A stretch of DNA of 63,787 nucleotides, the filler included, from Pelomyxa schiedti (lineage: Eukaryota > Protista > Evosea): NCBI GenBank assembly GCA_020536535.1. It is 4 parts of 4 records of this genome, joined end to end, with 100 filler letters (N's around TTAATTAATTAA, not from the genome) between each part and the next. Parts side by side here need not be neighbours in the genome. Positions count along the whole stretch, not along the records: positions 1 to 31,678 come from JAHLWZ010000997.1; 3 more parts are not named here. The stretch is one strand, 5' to 3'. Shown here piece after piece: positions 12,176 through 26,285 of this stretch. A program made the position numbers and the translations under genes. Below the pieces are notes generated by a model that worked only from the letters and a program-made list of their open reading frames with translations, was not told the origin of the DNA and did not search any database. Every line of letters begins with the position of its first letter. The stretch's first letter is position 1.

Positions 12176-15100
12176 TTACAGGAGTCCTGCCTCAACAGAT
12201 TGTTCTGTGGGTTGGGGAGGAGGAGATAAGTTGTTTGGTGAAGGAGACTTGATTGGGGGTGTGGTGGATGCCTCCAAGTTTGGTGTTAGAGGTGGGGAGG
12301 GCGATTTCCCCAGTGGTGGTGTGATTGATGGTGTTGGCGTTGGTGTGACAGGTGCTGTTGCGGCAGCAAGGTTTGCTACTGCAGTGTTGAATTCCTCCTG
12401 CAGAACCTTTACTATCTCGGGGAAAGATGGCCGCAGAGAGGGGTCATGCTGGAGGCAAGCTTCAGCAAGTTCAATAAATGATAATGACACATAATTCTTT
12501 GCTGGGAGGGTACGCAGATCAGAAGGTCTGAGCCCTTTAAGTATATCCTGGTCGAGAGAGTTGAATGGGGATTTGTTATTGTTGACCTGGACGTACTTGT
12601 TTAAGTTCATGTACTCTAGGGATAATTTTTGTATTGCCAATGCTATCTCTGGTTTCCCTCAGGTATTTTGGAGATTTAAAGAATTCCTGTAAGAGAGTTG
12701 GTGTTTAGCACAGTTACAACATCAGTACCAACCATATAGGGTACAGAAAGAGCAGCACTTTCCCAGAGAATCAGTCCAAAGCTGTAGACATCACTTCGGT
12801 GGTCATAGCCATCAGAAGATGCCCACACTTCTGGAGCCAGCCACTCCCAATTGGCTAAAGCTCCGGCAATTTTCGGACCCAGGCGTCTGCTCATGCCAAA
12901 ATCCTTACAGGGGGGTTTAAAAGGGTTAAATTGTGAGTATGAGTTACTGCAATTTTGCCTGTCCAAAATAGGCTTGAGGGAGCCCCATCGAGGAAAATGT
13001 TAGCAGATCGTAGATCCCTGAAAAGTGTGAAAAATGGGAGGAAAAAAGAGCGAGTGCCTGTGAATAACTGGTGGAGACAATGAGTGAAGAAATTCCATTC
13101 CCCGGGCAGCCGTTAGAAGGATATGCATGCGAAGAGGAGGTGGGCAGTCATCCTATTTTTGTGAGATGCCATGGAAAAAATGAGGTATACTTGCGCCATG
13201 TCAACATCTTCCTCAGGATGAAGAAAGTGAGCAAGGTCCCCACCAGTGGCAAACTCCATAACCTTTCAAATGGTAAGCCCATAAAAAAAGGTAGTGAAGG
13301 AAAAGTGAGAGGCTTTTTTTACAAGAAAGAACGCACCATGTATGCGGGTTTCACGGTTACTCCAAATAAACGTATCAAGTTGGGGTGGTAGAGGCATGAC
13401 ATCATAAAGGCCTCCTTCTGAAATTCAACAAACTGTTCAACAGCAGTAGCTTCAGTGGAGTTGTTGGGTTGAATTAATTCTTTGATAGCAACCAAGTTAT
13501 CGCTCCACGTTCCTTGGTATACCTGGATAAGTTGGTACAAATTGAAGACAAAAAAAATTACATACTGCACCAAACCCTCCTTGTCCTATTTTTTTTATTA
13601 TGGAGATTCCATCAAGTACAGTCATATCTGAAAACACAATGTCAGGAGCGATGTCTTTCACCTGAGGAGAGTAGTCAGTCATCTAATCCATTGAGAAGGA
13701 TTCACTTACGTCAATGGAAACCGATGAAGCTCCACGCACACATTCTAACCGCTCATTGGATATGAAAACTGACACAGCATTTTCATAGGAGAACATTGTT
13801 GCAGTAGCGAAGCGCTCACCGCCCGTAAGGCAATGAGTGCAGGGGATGAGTCGTTTCATTGTGTGTGTCAACTTTCTATAAAAACTCTCAGTCAAGTTCT
13901 CCACAAGCTCGTTGACTGATCTTATCAAAGATTGGGTCTGTGAAATGACTACTTCTGTGGAAGTCGGGAGGAAGAAGTGTATGTCCAAAGAAAAAGATTT
14001 GGGGTCATATTGCAGCTTTGCCCACTGATTACGTGGAAGTGGAGGGAAAGGTATTGTTTCCTCTGTATTACTTTTATGAGCAACGACAGCACCGTTTAGC
14101 CAATAATCCAATACTTGTAAGTCAGATTGGTGGAATATCTACAACAATGAGTGTGAATTTAGCCATACTATTTTAGGTTACATGAACTAGAAGCCGGCCA
14201 AAAAACCCAAGTGGCATGAAAGCAAAATGGAAAATTCTTCCTAAAGCACTCAGTTTGTTTCAGCATGCCCCATGAAAGGAGGTACCTTTGTGAGACCAAC
14301 CGCTTGTCTCCAGGGCACCTTCAAATAGAAGTTGCACACGGTCTGGTTCTTGATCAGGCAACTGGTAAAAAGTTATTTGGCCACAATGTAAGGATAGCAA
14401 AGGAGAACAAACCATAAACGGGACTATTAGGGATGTATTATCTGGAAGGAAGTGCGCCACAGAAAAATTAACTAGAAGTTCAGCTAATGAATGTGTTGGA
14501 ATCCCTTCAAAGCCTTTCCAAATCTATGAGATAAGTGATTAAATAAACGAAAAAATGTTGGAGATTACAAGGCTTTGCTGTGATTCTGTGATAATGCCAT
14601 CCTTTTTTCCAAATGTCGAAGAGAAAGATATCACTTGAGCCTTGGAAAAGGAAGTCATTGATATGTTTGTCACGTTCAGGTTTACCATAATATCAATAAC
14701 TAATTGAGGATCTGTCACAACCCAATTTTGAAATGCTGTAATAATCCCCGCGCTGTTTGGAATCTGAGTTGTTTAAGGAAATAGGTGGACATACTCGTTG
14801 AGAAATTTGGTTAAGGCAAGAAAAGTTTCTGTGGAGTAACTAATGCCAGTGGAATCGACCCACGTCCTGAAAGTGGCTAGAGGAACCCATCTCTCAGAAA
14901 GCTTTTTTTGAATAACTTTCGCCACCCTTTTGTATAGAACAGGCTGCTTGGTAATAAGTTGCTGCAGAGAATGGTCAATTGTTAGCCGGAATTGAAGATA
15001 GAATTGCCTTGGAAACGTTTATTACAGTCGCCTTCAATGCTGTCATTCCTTCTTGATTGACAGGATTTACTGGTACCATAGCTTTGACATTGGAGAATGT

Positions 15101-17083
15101 TGAAACAAGAGGGCCTATAGTATCACTCATTGACTGTGCTGCTTCTTCGAATGAGGGAAACCTATCCGCATGCGTCCCCACAACAATCACAGGAGGCATA
15201 TGTGGAGGCCTCGAAACAGCCTCAATTTGATGCAACCTAAAAGTATTATCAGTGGTATTTCTGTAGTTAAAAAACCGAACCAGTAACTAAGCCTATTGCG
15301 GGATTCAAGGCCCTGGCTAAGATCACACACCAGTATATAAGTAGTGGACTTCCCACTTAAAAAGAATTGGTGAGTGGGATAGAAAACCTCCTGCCCACCT
15401 GGGTGCACGTCAAAATTAAATGTAATGAGGTAACAAATACCAAAATCCCAAACACCAAAGTGATATTTTTTATTCTCGGCTCGTAAGGTGAGGCTTGAAA
15501 GCTTAATGCCATTAGTTGACAGATTTTCTCCCAAGGAAAAGTGCTTGTCATGAAGTAATTTTATAAGTGTTGTCTTGCCTACACCTTCTTCCCCAACAAC
15601 CAAAAGCCTTGACGCAAATCAAATTTAAATTAACACACGAAGAGGTACCGTATTATATCCCAGGGTTCGGTGGCTTGCTCTGATTGTCTCAGATAGTTGA
15701 TTACATTTTGTGTCCCACTGAGGGCAAAGCCAGAAGGATACCCAACAAGTGGATTGAATCCAAAAAATATAGACTTCAGTTTTGGAAGCCTACACAGTGC
15801 TGTAGGCAGTGAAGTGAGGCTATTGTTACACAACCGCAGATACTAAAATTTCATTAGTTGTAGGCAGGAAAAAGTTCAAGAAATACTTCCAAGTTCTCTA
15901 GTAGGCTTATCTCACTTGGAAGAACTTTCAATTTGTTTCCATAGAGATTGAGATGTTGGAGGCGGGTGAGACGAAAAAATTCAGGAGGTAACACTTCAAT
16001 GGCGTTGCGGCTCAAAATGAGTTTCTTAAACGGCTTTAAGGAGTGAACCAGTGTGGAGAGTTCATTTGGCCGAAGGGAATGTGACAAATCGAGTGTGAGG
16101 CGGCAATTGAGAAGTGTGTTTAGTATTTCACTACGGGGGCAAGCTGCCTTCAGTGCTAACTGAAGAGTGGTTTGCATCGTTTGCTGGTCGATATTCATTC
16201 CCTTGATTAAAATGAGGATGAAGGATGGGAAGAACGAGGGTACTTTTTTGCTTATCCAACTGCCTGGTTGGTCATTGAGAGGGCGCTTTTTCTTTGCACA
16301 TGATCGCCATAAGTCTGACATCTCCTCTAGCCCTCCTTCTTGCCCTACACACTGACACACAAGCTGTGGATTCAATTCCGAAAGAGCAATTATAGCCTTC
16401 CAAGAGAATAGCAGAATGTCACGCCGTCTGGAGAATTTGCACATCACACGCGTTACGTAAGTGGCAAGCTCATTCACAGCACTATCTTCTATATGCTTGA
16501 GCACAGGGAGCAACTCCAGTGCATGCAAAATGCAGTTAGGGCCTGATGAAGGATTGGCCAGTATCTCCTTTAGGAATGTGAACACAGCAGCCTCGTATCT
16601 ATTAAATTAGTTAGTGGGCATTAGACCAGTTCCTACTCTGTTGCACACACTTTGGCAATCTTGGCGACATTGTAGAGAGCAAGTAGAGAACATCTGGTGC
16701 CGATACACCCACCAAAGCACGGCGAACAGAAGGAACTAAACACATTGAAATCAAAGTTTGTGTGGCTCTAGAATCGGCGCCAAAGGGAACGTTTTCACTA
16801 CGTGTACGATACAAACTGTATGCCATTGCCAAGGCATTTTTCTGTGCCCAGTCAATGATGGGACATGAATAATAATAAAAAAAAACCTGGAGAAAAATGT
16901 CGTCAGAGAACCGATCTTCAGTTAGTCCGTAGAAGTTTTCAACAGCATTGCCAACTTGATGACAGTGAGGCCACGTTCAGGAAACCGAATTATAAAAGAT
17001 GGCTTCGGGAAAAACACACAAGGCTCAGCACGATATGATGCAATCACAACCCCTCCATTACGTTGGCCTCTGTCTCCACTCAT
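12176..17083 (-). CDS. Roco family kinase (helical/ARM-like, LRR, Roc GTPase, COR, TKL kinase); 5' end uncertain
   Basis: LRRs ([24 protein letters not shown]). Roc motifs [18 protein letters not shown]|[18 protein letters not shown]. Kinase motifs IGQGGFG, VAIK, HR|DLRSAN, DFG, WLAPE, DVYSFG. Confidence 0.9.
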
Positions 17084-18860
17084 GGAGCCTGGGAGATAAA
17101 TGACACTGTGTTGGTTTCAGACTTTTTTTGATTACTTTTCTGTTGAATTTTTGTTCCTACGGGAAGAATTTCGTGCCGAGAAACAACAAAGTTCTATTCA
17201 CTTGCCACCAAATGGTGATGGATTGATATTCCTTTTTTAGGCTGCTTGTAAATGCTGTGCACGATCTGATTCGGCAGGTTTGTTACTGTCGGAGAGTCAA
17301 GCACAAATCCGCCATCAACAAACAACCCACCCCCTACCTACACCCTGCAAAGAGGTTGTGTATTGGGATGTGATGGCTTTGCTGGGGCTATTCTCACTCT
17401 GTTGTGGCTGCCTGGAATGGAGCGTGGTTGCACCGAACCACCTTGGTGGTGTAAAAGCAAAGCCTCAAGCGCCGAGTTTCAGGCCGATGACACAACACGC
17501 ACACGTGGGGCAGACCCAGCCCAAGGGCGAAACAAGGCCACATGCCCACGTGGGTGCCGCAGGTATTGCTTCGCCCACAACGGTCCAGTTACAGTTAATT
17601 GTGTTGCCTTGTCCCATTATTTGGTTTACCGGGCCGGGGATGGGTTTATTAGGCACTGAAGAGGAAGATTTCCGGGAGTTGTAAGGTGCTCAAAAGTTCC
17701 CAAAAAACAAAACAAATTAATTGAATGAAACTCCCCCCCGAAGCACCTTCAAAGAAGATGAAACAAAAAAAGGAAAACACAGGAAAAGAAGAAAGGTGAT
17801 CGAAAGGGAAACCAAGCCGCGACTGCAGCGGGGTTCGGATGAATCGGTTGCAGAAAACCCCCACACAAACTTCTGGAGTGGAAACCGGGTTGCGCCCCTC
17901 GCGGTGGGTGGGCTGTGGGCAGATCCATTTTCGGAGGGATAAACTCCTCTGGGGAAAGAGAATTGCCAGTCCTCTCAGGCCTCTGACGGTGACTTACCCC
18001 CCGGGTCCTGTGTATTCCAGAAGGGGACTTTTTTTTTGTTTGGTCTGTAAATTCCTTGTTACATCAGAAAAAGAAGTGTGGTGGTGGTTGGGTAGTGATT
18101 GGCCTGTATCTGTACTCGCCAATTCCTCAGCCCAAAAGGCCAGGAGAGTGCAACAGCCGGTTACGAAATTTCGAAATTTTTCTCCGGGAAAACATAGTTT
18201 CATTGCACACCACTGTGAGATACTGCTTGAAGGCTTGGCTTCGCTGGCTGAGATACCACCAATTACTGCTAGTCACTGGGATTGATGAGTGGGAGAGCTC
18301 TTACATATTTCCGCTGTTGATTCGACTCTGTGGTGTGCCAATTCCACCTCTCTTGGCGGAAACTGGAGTTGTTGTGCTGAGTGATGGTGTGCTGTTTTGG
18401 CGTGTTCTCCCGTGCCGCTTAACCGAGGGCTGGGAGGAAAACGCCACATTGCGCACTCACAAGGTCACACAATTCTGGTGAAAAGCTGGGAGAGTCTAGA
18501 TGTTGGAGTCTGCCCAGGAATTGTTGTTGTTTCCTGTGCCGTTTCACTGATGGCTGGGATAACAACAGCTTCTTGTGCAATTGGGTTTTGTAGATATGGC
18601 TTGCTGAGCACGATCAGTCAGAGTATCTGCCCTTTTTTGTTGTTGCTTTGCTCTTCTTTAGGGCCTGTATGCCGGTGTGAAGCACCTTACCCTCTTCCTG
18701 ATCCACTCTGACTTAATATCAAGCAAACATGTTTGTGAGTGTTGTTTATGTTTATTGTTCTGGCCGTACCACGGCACGTGCCGTACAATGAAGGTGTTGC
18801 CACCGGCCGCCTCTTGGGCGACGCTCCAACTACAACGACTGGCGACGGTCACTCTGTTAC
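17084..18860 (-). other. Unassigned spliced minus-strand exons (5' extension of the Roco gene or a separate gene)
   Basis: Clear minus-strand GT-AG introns (e.g. gtaagt...ccccag near 17950-17997), but no recognisable domain and the frame was not resolved. Confidence 0.35.
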
Positions 18861-18988
18861 GCGTGCGTTGGTGGCCGCCGCGTGTCTCTAACCCTCTGTG
18901 TACATGCTAATGTCTTGTTTTTTTTTCCCGAGAAACATAACTGAAGACTCCGGAGTATGATACGGACCATTCTCCGTTTCGTACAGAA

Positions 18989-21900
18989 TTAGCTGTCTTG
19001 GGGCTGTTGTGGCTCGGATGAGGTTGTTGTCTCTGAGTCTGTTTCTTCCGTGATTGTGTGTGGGTCGCCAGTAGATACACTCATATCGCACAGCTCAACA
19101 GTGGTGGATCCCGCGAGGATGTTGTCCAGCAGTGAGTCGACATTACGCACCAGGCCCGTGATGTTCTCAGCCACGCCATTGAGGGCCGCCTCGTACCGGT
19201 GAGGAAGGTGGTCAGTGAACATGTGTGGACTGATCACAATGTGTGCAAACGACCGGTTTTTGACCAGAACCATGGTGAAAGGGTGCCGCTTGGCTGGAGC
19301 AGCTGCGGTTGTGGTTGCCGTAGTTGCTGTTGTAATTGTAGTTGCGGGTGTGGATGTGGATGCGGAAGCGGAAGCGGTTATGGGAGTGGTGCTGCCGGGC
19401 AATGGAAGGCGTTGCTTGAGTTGCTTCTGCATCTCTGACTGTAGGACGGTTTGTAGGTGCTGCACTTGCTGAGGTTGAAGCCATGAAACGGGTGGCTGAG
19501 GCTGTGAGGAAGATATTGGGGTTTGGGGGTGCTCTGTGAGGGTCGGTTTCGTATCGAAGCTTGGTAATAGCAGCGGTTGCGATGTGGGTGTTGTTATGCT
19601 GGAGAATCTTGAGGGTAGACTGCCTTGCAGACTATCACTTACGAGTGGTTGAACTGGAAAAGTCGGTTGCGGGATTAGATGAGATTGTTGGTTGAATGTG
19701 GAATTTGGTTGTGTTGCTGTGAAAGTAGTATTCGGAAATGGCATTTGACTGGACGCCGTGTTCCATGGAGAGGGAAATGCCCCTGATTGATGTGATAGGG
19801 AAAATGGGTTAAGAGGTTGCACTTGTGGCTGCATTTGAAAAGGGTTTATTGGTGTTATTCCCACTTGGGGTTGTGCCGAACTGAATGGTGCATTTTGTGG
19901 TAAACGTGTTACATTTAGAGGTGCTGTGTTTACTGTTGATGGCCAAAACGGTTGGACATGTGCTTGGGTCTGAGGAAAAGGCTGTTGCGCAATTGTATTT
20001 GGAAACTGAGTAGAAATGGGAATCTGAGGCAAAGGGGGGAGAGGCGGAAGAGGGAAAGGGGGAAGGGGTGTAACCGGCCGCATCGACGGCCATTGTGCCG
20101 GCGGCTGTGGTTGAGTTGTGAGTTGTGTGGGCTGCGAGTACAAGGGTTGTGTCAAAGGCTGAGATACGTTTGGTTGACTTGGCCATGCGGGAAATGGTTG
20201 TGTATTACGTGGGACTGTGGTATGTGGTTGAGGGAAAAATGGAGCGGCAGAATGTTGAAGTGGTTGGGGTTGCACAGCAGATGGTAAAGGTGTGTTTGTA
20301 ATTGAGATGGGGAGGTGGGTATTCAAAGGTGTAATGCTTGTGCTTGGTGACGTACTTGCAAAGAGGGAAGGAAGATTATCAGTAGTTCCTTGTGCGGTAA
20401 TTGGCTGTGGGTGAATTGAAGATTTGAGTGGGAGTAAGGGGTTAATAACGTAGGGCTTTATTTGGCTGGCAATGGGAGGAGGTGACGGCATTGCGTTTCC
20501 TACTTCAACATGTCCAAGTTTGTCTTGGTTTGGTTTTATGGCTAAAAGCGGAGAGGATGGCAGCCTGTTGTCCAAAAAGTATACCTCTCCCCCAGGGAGG
20601 AGACAGGCTTGAAGCATTTCTGATGAGGAGTCCATTGTTGAGTCAAAATTTGCCTGGCAACTGCATTGTAACATTTTTGCTATCTTCTTCTGAAGGTAGG
20701 AACCTAGAAGCTACAAAATTACTGTCAGGAACCATTTGGCAAAGTAAAAATGAAATCATTCTTGATACTTGCATTTACCTTGCCAGAGGCCATGTACTGG
20801 AAGAACCTTTGTTTATTGTTTTGTGTATGTGAAAGAGTTTGCTTTATCAGGCCTTTAAATATCTGGAGAAAGATGTCATCGTCTTTTCCAAGCAAGAATT
20901 AATGAATCACCTCCAGAGAACCATAACTCAGCCGCGGTACTATGTCGTCACTGTAGACAAATGAGGACACTATTTTCTTTGTCTCCGGTGCTTCAGCAAG
21001 AGTTAAACTCAACACAGCTGCAGGCGCAAATGAAAATGCACGTACACGCCATTCTGGGTGTTTAGCAGCGAGTAACATGGCAAGGAGGGTGGAAACACCA
21101 CCACCTAAGCTATGACCAACCACATGAATCGGTAGTGCTGGATGGTCACTTACAGCTTGTTGTATGTGGGGTAGAAGTTGCTCAAACTTTCGTCTGGCAC
21201 AAGTGAGAATTCCTTGGTGAACATTTCCCTTGCGACCAAAAAATTCAAATGGCTCGTTTTCAGCAACAAGGTCTGATACCTGGTGAGTATTAAGAGTAAA
21301 AGAAAGGATATGTAACAACGGTATCATGAAGGCCCCAAGTGCCTCGAATAGAAACGACAATGCACTGCCTCTCATGATCTACGGCACAATAATGTCCTGG
21401 ACTGAATCTCGTGCTTTCCCACTGTTGTGAATAAATGTCAGATGGTAATAGTCCAGTGTGTTTCCTTAGGGCATCAAGATTTGCCTTTTTATTGTTTGCC
21501 AGAAGAGGAGCAATCTACAGGCACAGTAAAAGAATTGTTTGAGTTAAATAACTTTACAGTTGATGCAGGCACTTTGGTCCCTATCAAGAATCGTCAGTAA
21601 ACTGTTAGAAATCGATTGTTTATACCTTCGACAAAATTTGTCATGAAACCACCCATTAATTTCCAACCATAGCTCCCACTAGAGGAAAAGTTATGACAAG
21701 GTAATTAATGTAGGAAAGTTGGCCAAACCTTGCGTGCAACATCATGTCAGCAACTAAGGTAGCATATTCTGGGTCTGTTACTTCCTGCAATCAATGTTAT
21801 TCCCTCGCGAATTGAAATTTTCCATACCTTAATACTTTCTGGAGGTGATGGATTTCCATTGTAATATGCACTTAACAAAAGTATACCCATAAAAAGATCC

Positions 21901-24604
21901 ATTGGAGGAATGTCTAGGAAATGAATAGGTACAATGATTACTGAAATATTCAACCTTGGAAGTACTTGCAACATATTGCCCTGAGTTAAATGGTTACTAA
22001 AATACCATCACGAGTTAGGCTTACCATATCTTTTTACAGGCATCTTCCATCTCACTTGAGAGAATTAAGGACTTCATTAATCCAGCAACACTGAATCCTA
22101 AACTGGTTACAGCCTTCCATGATGATACTGGTATTGATACAATCGTTCCTAAAAAAAAAACATTGAGATTTCCCAAGAAAACACAAAAACAAACCAGTAA
22201 GCCATTTCAGCCAGCCATCCCCTGGTTGTTGTTGTGCGTTCATATCTATTTCATATTCATCCGGGTCAGTGAGAATCCATTCTGTCTCCCAGTTGAATTT
22301 GTCACAGTAATCAGGAATAACACAGCTGGAAAGAATTTTTGTATTACTGTTCCCAGTATTTTCTGGACCAAGTGTAACAGCAGTAGGTTTTCCCTGGTCA
22401 CCAGTGGTACAGTCAATCTGTGCCTGGCTTGAAACCCCAGGTGACTCACCACCTGCTTTAGCTTTTATATCCTCGTTGGTTGGAGGAGTGCTCAAAGCGG
22501 TTGCTGTGCTGACTGCTTTATCAGATTGTGTTGGTGTCTGAGAGGGAGGAAGGGACCAAAGGGGATCATATAGGGTAGGAGTAGGAATACACATGTCAGA
22601 GATTCTTGAAGTGTGTGTTGGTTTGTCATTAGATACAACTTGATTCTCTGTCGTGATTGGGTATGCAGATAAAACGCCAGGTTTCCCCAGTTGATCACTT
22701 GGAGGTTCTTGTGCTGAGATCAAACTCACAGCAGTAAGAAGTTCAAAAGGAGAATCGGGAAGTTCTAAAAGAGTAATGTTCTCTGTTGGTTCTTTTGGTT
22801 CTGGTGGTGTATGTTGGGCTGTCGGGGATCCTTCTATTTTTTTCGAAGTTTGGCTTAGATCTACTCCTAAACTATGCTCACCTAGAGAAGGTGGAGTGTT
22901 ATGTGCATCAGTGTGAGGCTCATTATCATGTGTTTCTGCCGCTGAAGACTTAGGGTCCTGTTGCAAGTTCGGCATGGATGAACGGTCTTGGCAGGTATTT
23001 GTTTGGGGGATAATAGTAAATTGCTTTGGTTCTGATATCAACAACGATCCTATTTCAGATTTGGGGGGAAGAACCGGGTTTGGAGCAGATTCTAATTTGG
23101 GATACAAGGAAGTTGGTGGTATTACATGAATGTCTGCCAAGGCCTTTGAGCTAGAAGCTGACCCAGAAACTGCTGTCACATCAATGAGAGCTGGAGCTGT
23201 ATACACCTGGGTTGCATCATCTGTACTGGTTTTTGTTTCTGTTCCAATAGCAGAGCTCTCACCTTGTGTATCACTCCTCCTTTTTGCCAGTGACAATCCC
23301 GAAGAATTGCCTTGGGCACTGGAAAGAGAGGGAATAAAGGATGGCGTTGTGAGGGGGTTCGGGTCGTATGAATCTGCTGTTGGGATTGAAAAAGGTGTCA
23401 TTTTCTGGTGCTCTTCCACAACTGGCAAGATGCTAGGGGCAACTATGTTCTCCTGATGAGAGTGCGCACTCCCATTTAGAGAATCACTTGGTGAGTGCTT
23501 TTCTGAAGGATCTGAGCCGGGCTCTTGATTCGGGGATGTAGACGGAAAGTTGTCATTACTGGTGACGTGGGGTAGAATATCATCCACTGCCAAAATACTT
23601 GTATCGACTGGTGTTACAGCGTCTAACCCGACATCCACCGCAGGTTCATCATGCCCTATTCGAGGAATACTTCCTTCGCTTTCATGGCTTCCTTCCAATT
23701 GCACAATCTCCTTTTCCTCCACCACCAGAGTGTCTTGAGCGGGTTTCTTCACCTCTGCCAAAGTAGCTGCCTCTCCCCCCACATTCACAAGACCCACCGT
23801 GCCCTGTTGGTCTCCCACAGAGACGCCAACCAGTGGATCCTTCTTCTCAACCTGCCCCTCTTTCAGTACGTGTGGCTCGACAGCACCAAGAGCTACGCCC
23901 AGCTCCGCAACGGCGCTATCAGCAGCAGCCCCAGCAGCAGAATCATTGCCCAAGCCAGCGCCCGTGCCACCCACCGGCTCAGCCTCGATGACGCCCGGCT
24001 CAGTGTCCTCCTCCGCTGTCCCAATCACCAAACCAGAGCCCCCACCAGCATCACTCCCGCAAGTATTCGCATCAGCGCAGGCAGACACGGCGGCACCATC
24101 TGCACCGGCAGCAGAACCAGAATCCACGCCATCAGTGGGAGTAGCAGCGCAACCGCGGGCGGAGCCGAGCGTCGTCGAGGCCGTTGTGGCGCCGACTACA
24201 ACAGCAACAACGATCGGCGTCGGCGGGGCAACCTCAACAGCGGTCCTCATGTTCGCCGCCGCGCCCACATCCACATTCACATTCACATTCGCATTCACAT
24301 TCGCACTCACACCCACGCCTTCCTCGCCACCGCCATCGTTACTATCTACATCATGTGCATATGTCGTCGTGGGCGTCGGAGTCGGCGCCGTTGGCTGTGG
24401 TGCCACAACGACGGGTGCCTCGGGGGTCGCGGGGGGCGCGGCCACGGCCGGTGCCTCGACGGGAGGGGGCGCGGGAGACGACGGCGGGGGGGCGGAGGCG
24501 GGGGGCGTCGCAGGCGGCGGGGCGTCGGTGGCTTGGTCGTCGTCGTCCTCGCCGGATGACGCGTCGTAAAACACTTCGCCGTCGCTGTCATCGTCACCCG
24601 ACAT
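18989..24604 (-). CDS. Class 3 lipase (DAG-lipase-like) with long acidic/disordered N-terminus and Pro/Gln-rich C-terminus
   Basis: Motifs VHQGIL, VVGHSLGGG (nucleophile), AFSFAP and DDIVPRLS in exon 20899-21280. Large low-complexity terminal exons. ATG at 24604. Confidence 0.85.
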
Positions 24605-24837
24605 TCGTGGTTTTATAGGAATCACCGCTGATCAAGTTGATCAGCTCTCAGCGGTAAGACTTTATCACTTGGGCCAACTCACAAAGTGGAGCCGAGTGTA
24701 TATATGGGTCACTATTGCCAGAGCATTTTTTTCCTGCAAATGTCTTCTGCCACTTCATCCTTTTTGGCAGACCAAATGACGTCGTTCCTGCTTCTCAAAC
24801 ACACACGTTGTGGCGCCGGTTCGCCCCTGTCGGCTAT

Positions 24838-24881
24838 GCCTATGTACTGTATGAATGACGCCTATGTACTGTATGAATGAC
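24838..24881. repeat. 22-bp perfect tandem duplication
   Basis: gcctatgtactgtatgaatgac x2. Confidence 0.9.
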
Positions 24882-26285
24882 GTCATGTGACATCTTTGCC
24901 AGCATGGTGGTTTCCCCTGTGACCTTGGGAGTGGTGAGCATGAAGAGGTCGTACAGAGTGGGGAATGAAGATGAGACAGACCCCTTGTGGATGAGAATCA
25001 ACTCCACACCATTGTCCCATGGACGCCGTGGGGACCTGCAGTTGCAAATGAGTGCTGACCTCATCGTGGGGGAGCGCATTCGTGGGTGGGGGTGGGCTGT
25101 GCACAACACTGCAACACGACAGGGTTCACATGGTCACTCAGGAAACGTAATGGGTCATCGCCAAAACGAAAGAGATACACTTTTCTGAATAATGTCAAAG
25201 AAAAACACATTTGTTATTTCTTGTGACACTTACATGGTACCACGGCTGAATTATTGATGGCAGTACACGCTACAGTGGAACTAACACAGCAAGGTACAGT
25301 CCCTTTGGTATTGTATTTCCTTCTAACTTGCATCAGAGAGGATCGTTTACAACTCTGGAAAAAACCACAGTAGAATGCTGGCAAAGAAGAAGAGATTCTA
25401 GAAGTCCTCAAAATACTAAGTCACCATTGTGAGTGTGCTCCCTGCCCACATTAACACTTCATGCTGATATCTAACAGGTATCAGCCACACTACTTCTTTG
25501 GTTGCCTGTGTGTAGTACCACCCCACAAGTATGTTCAGCTCTTCTGTTATATCTTGTTCTAACTTCTACAGGTGTCCCTGTTGTTATTATTTCCACTGGT
25601 CTTCAAGACAAGCTGATAGGAACCCAAACAATATGTACTGGTACGCTCACCCTGTATGACTTCATTCTCACTAGCACCTAGGAACAACCACGACAGCTGC
25701 AGGACGGGAACAATTAGTGAGAAGCGGCCCTGGGGTTGCTCATTTGCCAGCACACATCCACAACCCCAAGCAGTCTCACGGCACGGCACGGCACCGCACC
25801 ACCCACCTAGCCTCACAGGTGCCTATGAGCACTGACCTGTATGCAAAAAGCACCACTGCTTTTTGGCAGCATTCAGCATTCACCCACACCCACCAGAATC
25901 ACAACAGCAAATGCCAGCACCAAACAAAACTGTGCCGGAGTGCAAAAACACCAGGAACCCTGCACCATAAATAAATAGAACCGATCTGTTGGCCATTCCC
26001 TCTTTATTTCTTTTTTCTTTTTCTAAACACAAACTCTTAGAAGTGTCCGGAAAAGACATCTATCCAATAGATTTACCAATAGAAAGCTCTGAACCTAAAA
26101 GTTAGACTCTAAGAGTTTATTGTTTATTACTTTAGCTTTTTTGCTTTAGCCACTGTGGTGTTGTTCCCGCCTTATAAAGGCACTAGAACCTGGGTGTCGC
26201 CTGAATCTCCCTCAGGGTCCCAACAGATTCTCGGTGTCTTTTTTTTACACGACCGATGCACTGACTGCACGTGCGCAACGAGCAG

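Noticed and set aside
23651-24618. Long plus-strand ORFs opposite the lipase N-terminal exon (similar cases at 9899-10675 and 36153-36605)
   Set aside because: Antisense shadows of GC-rich low-complexity coding sequence with no domain motifs.
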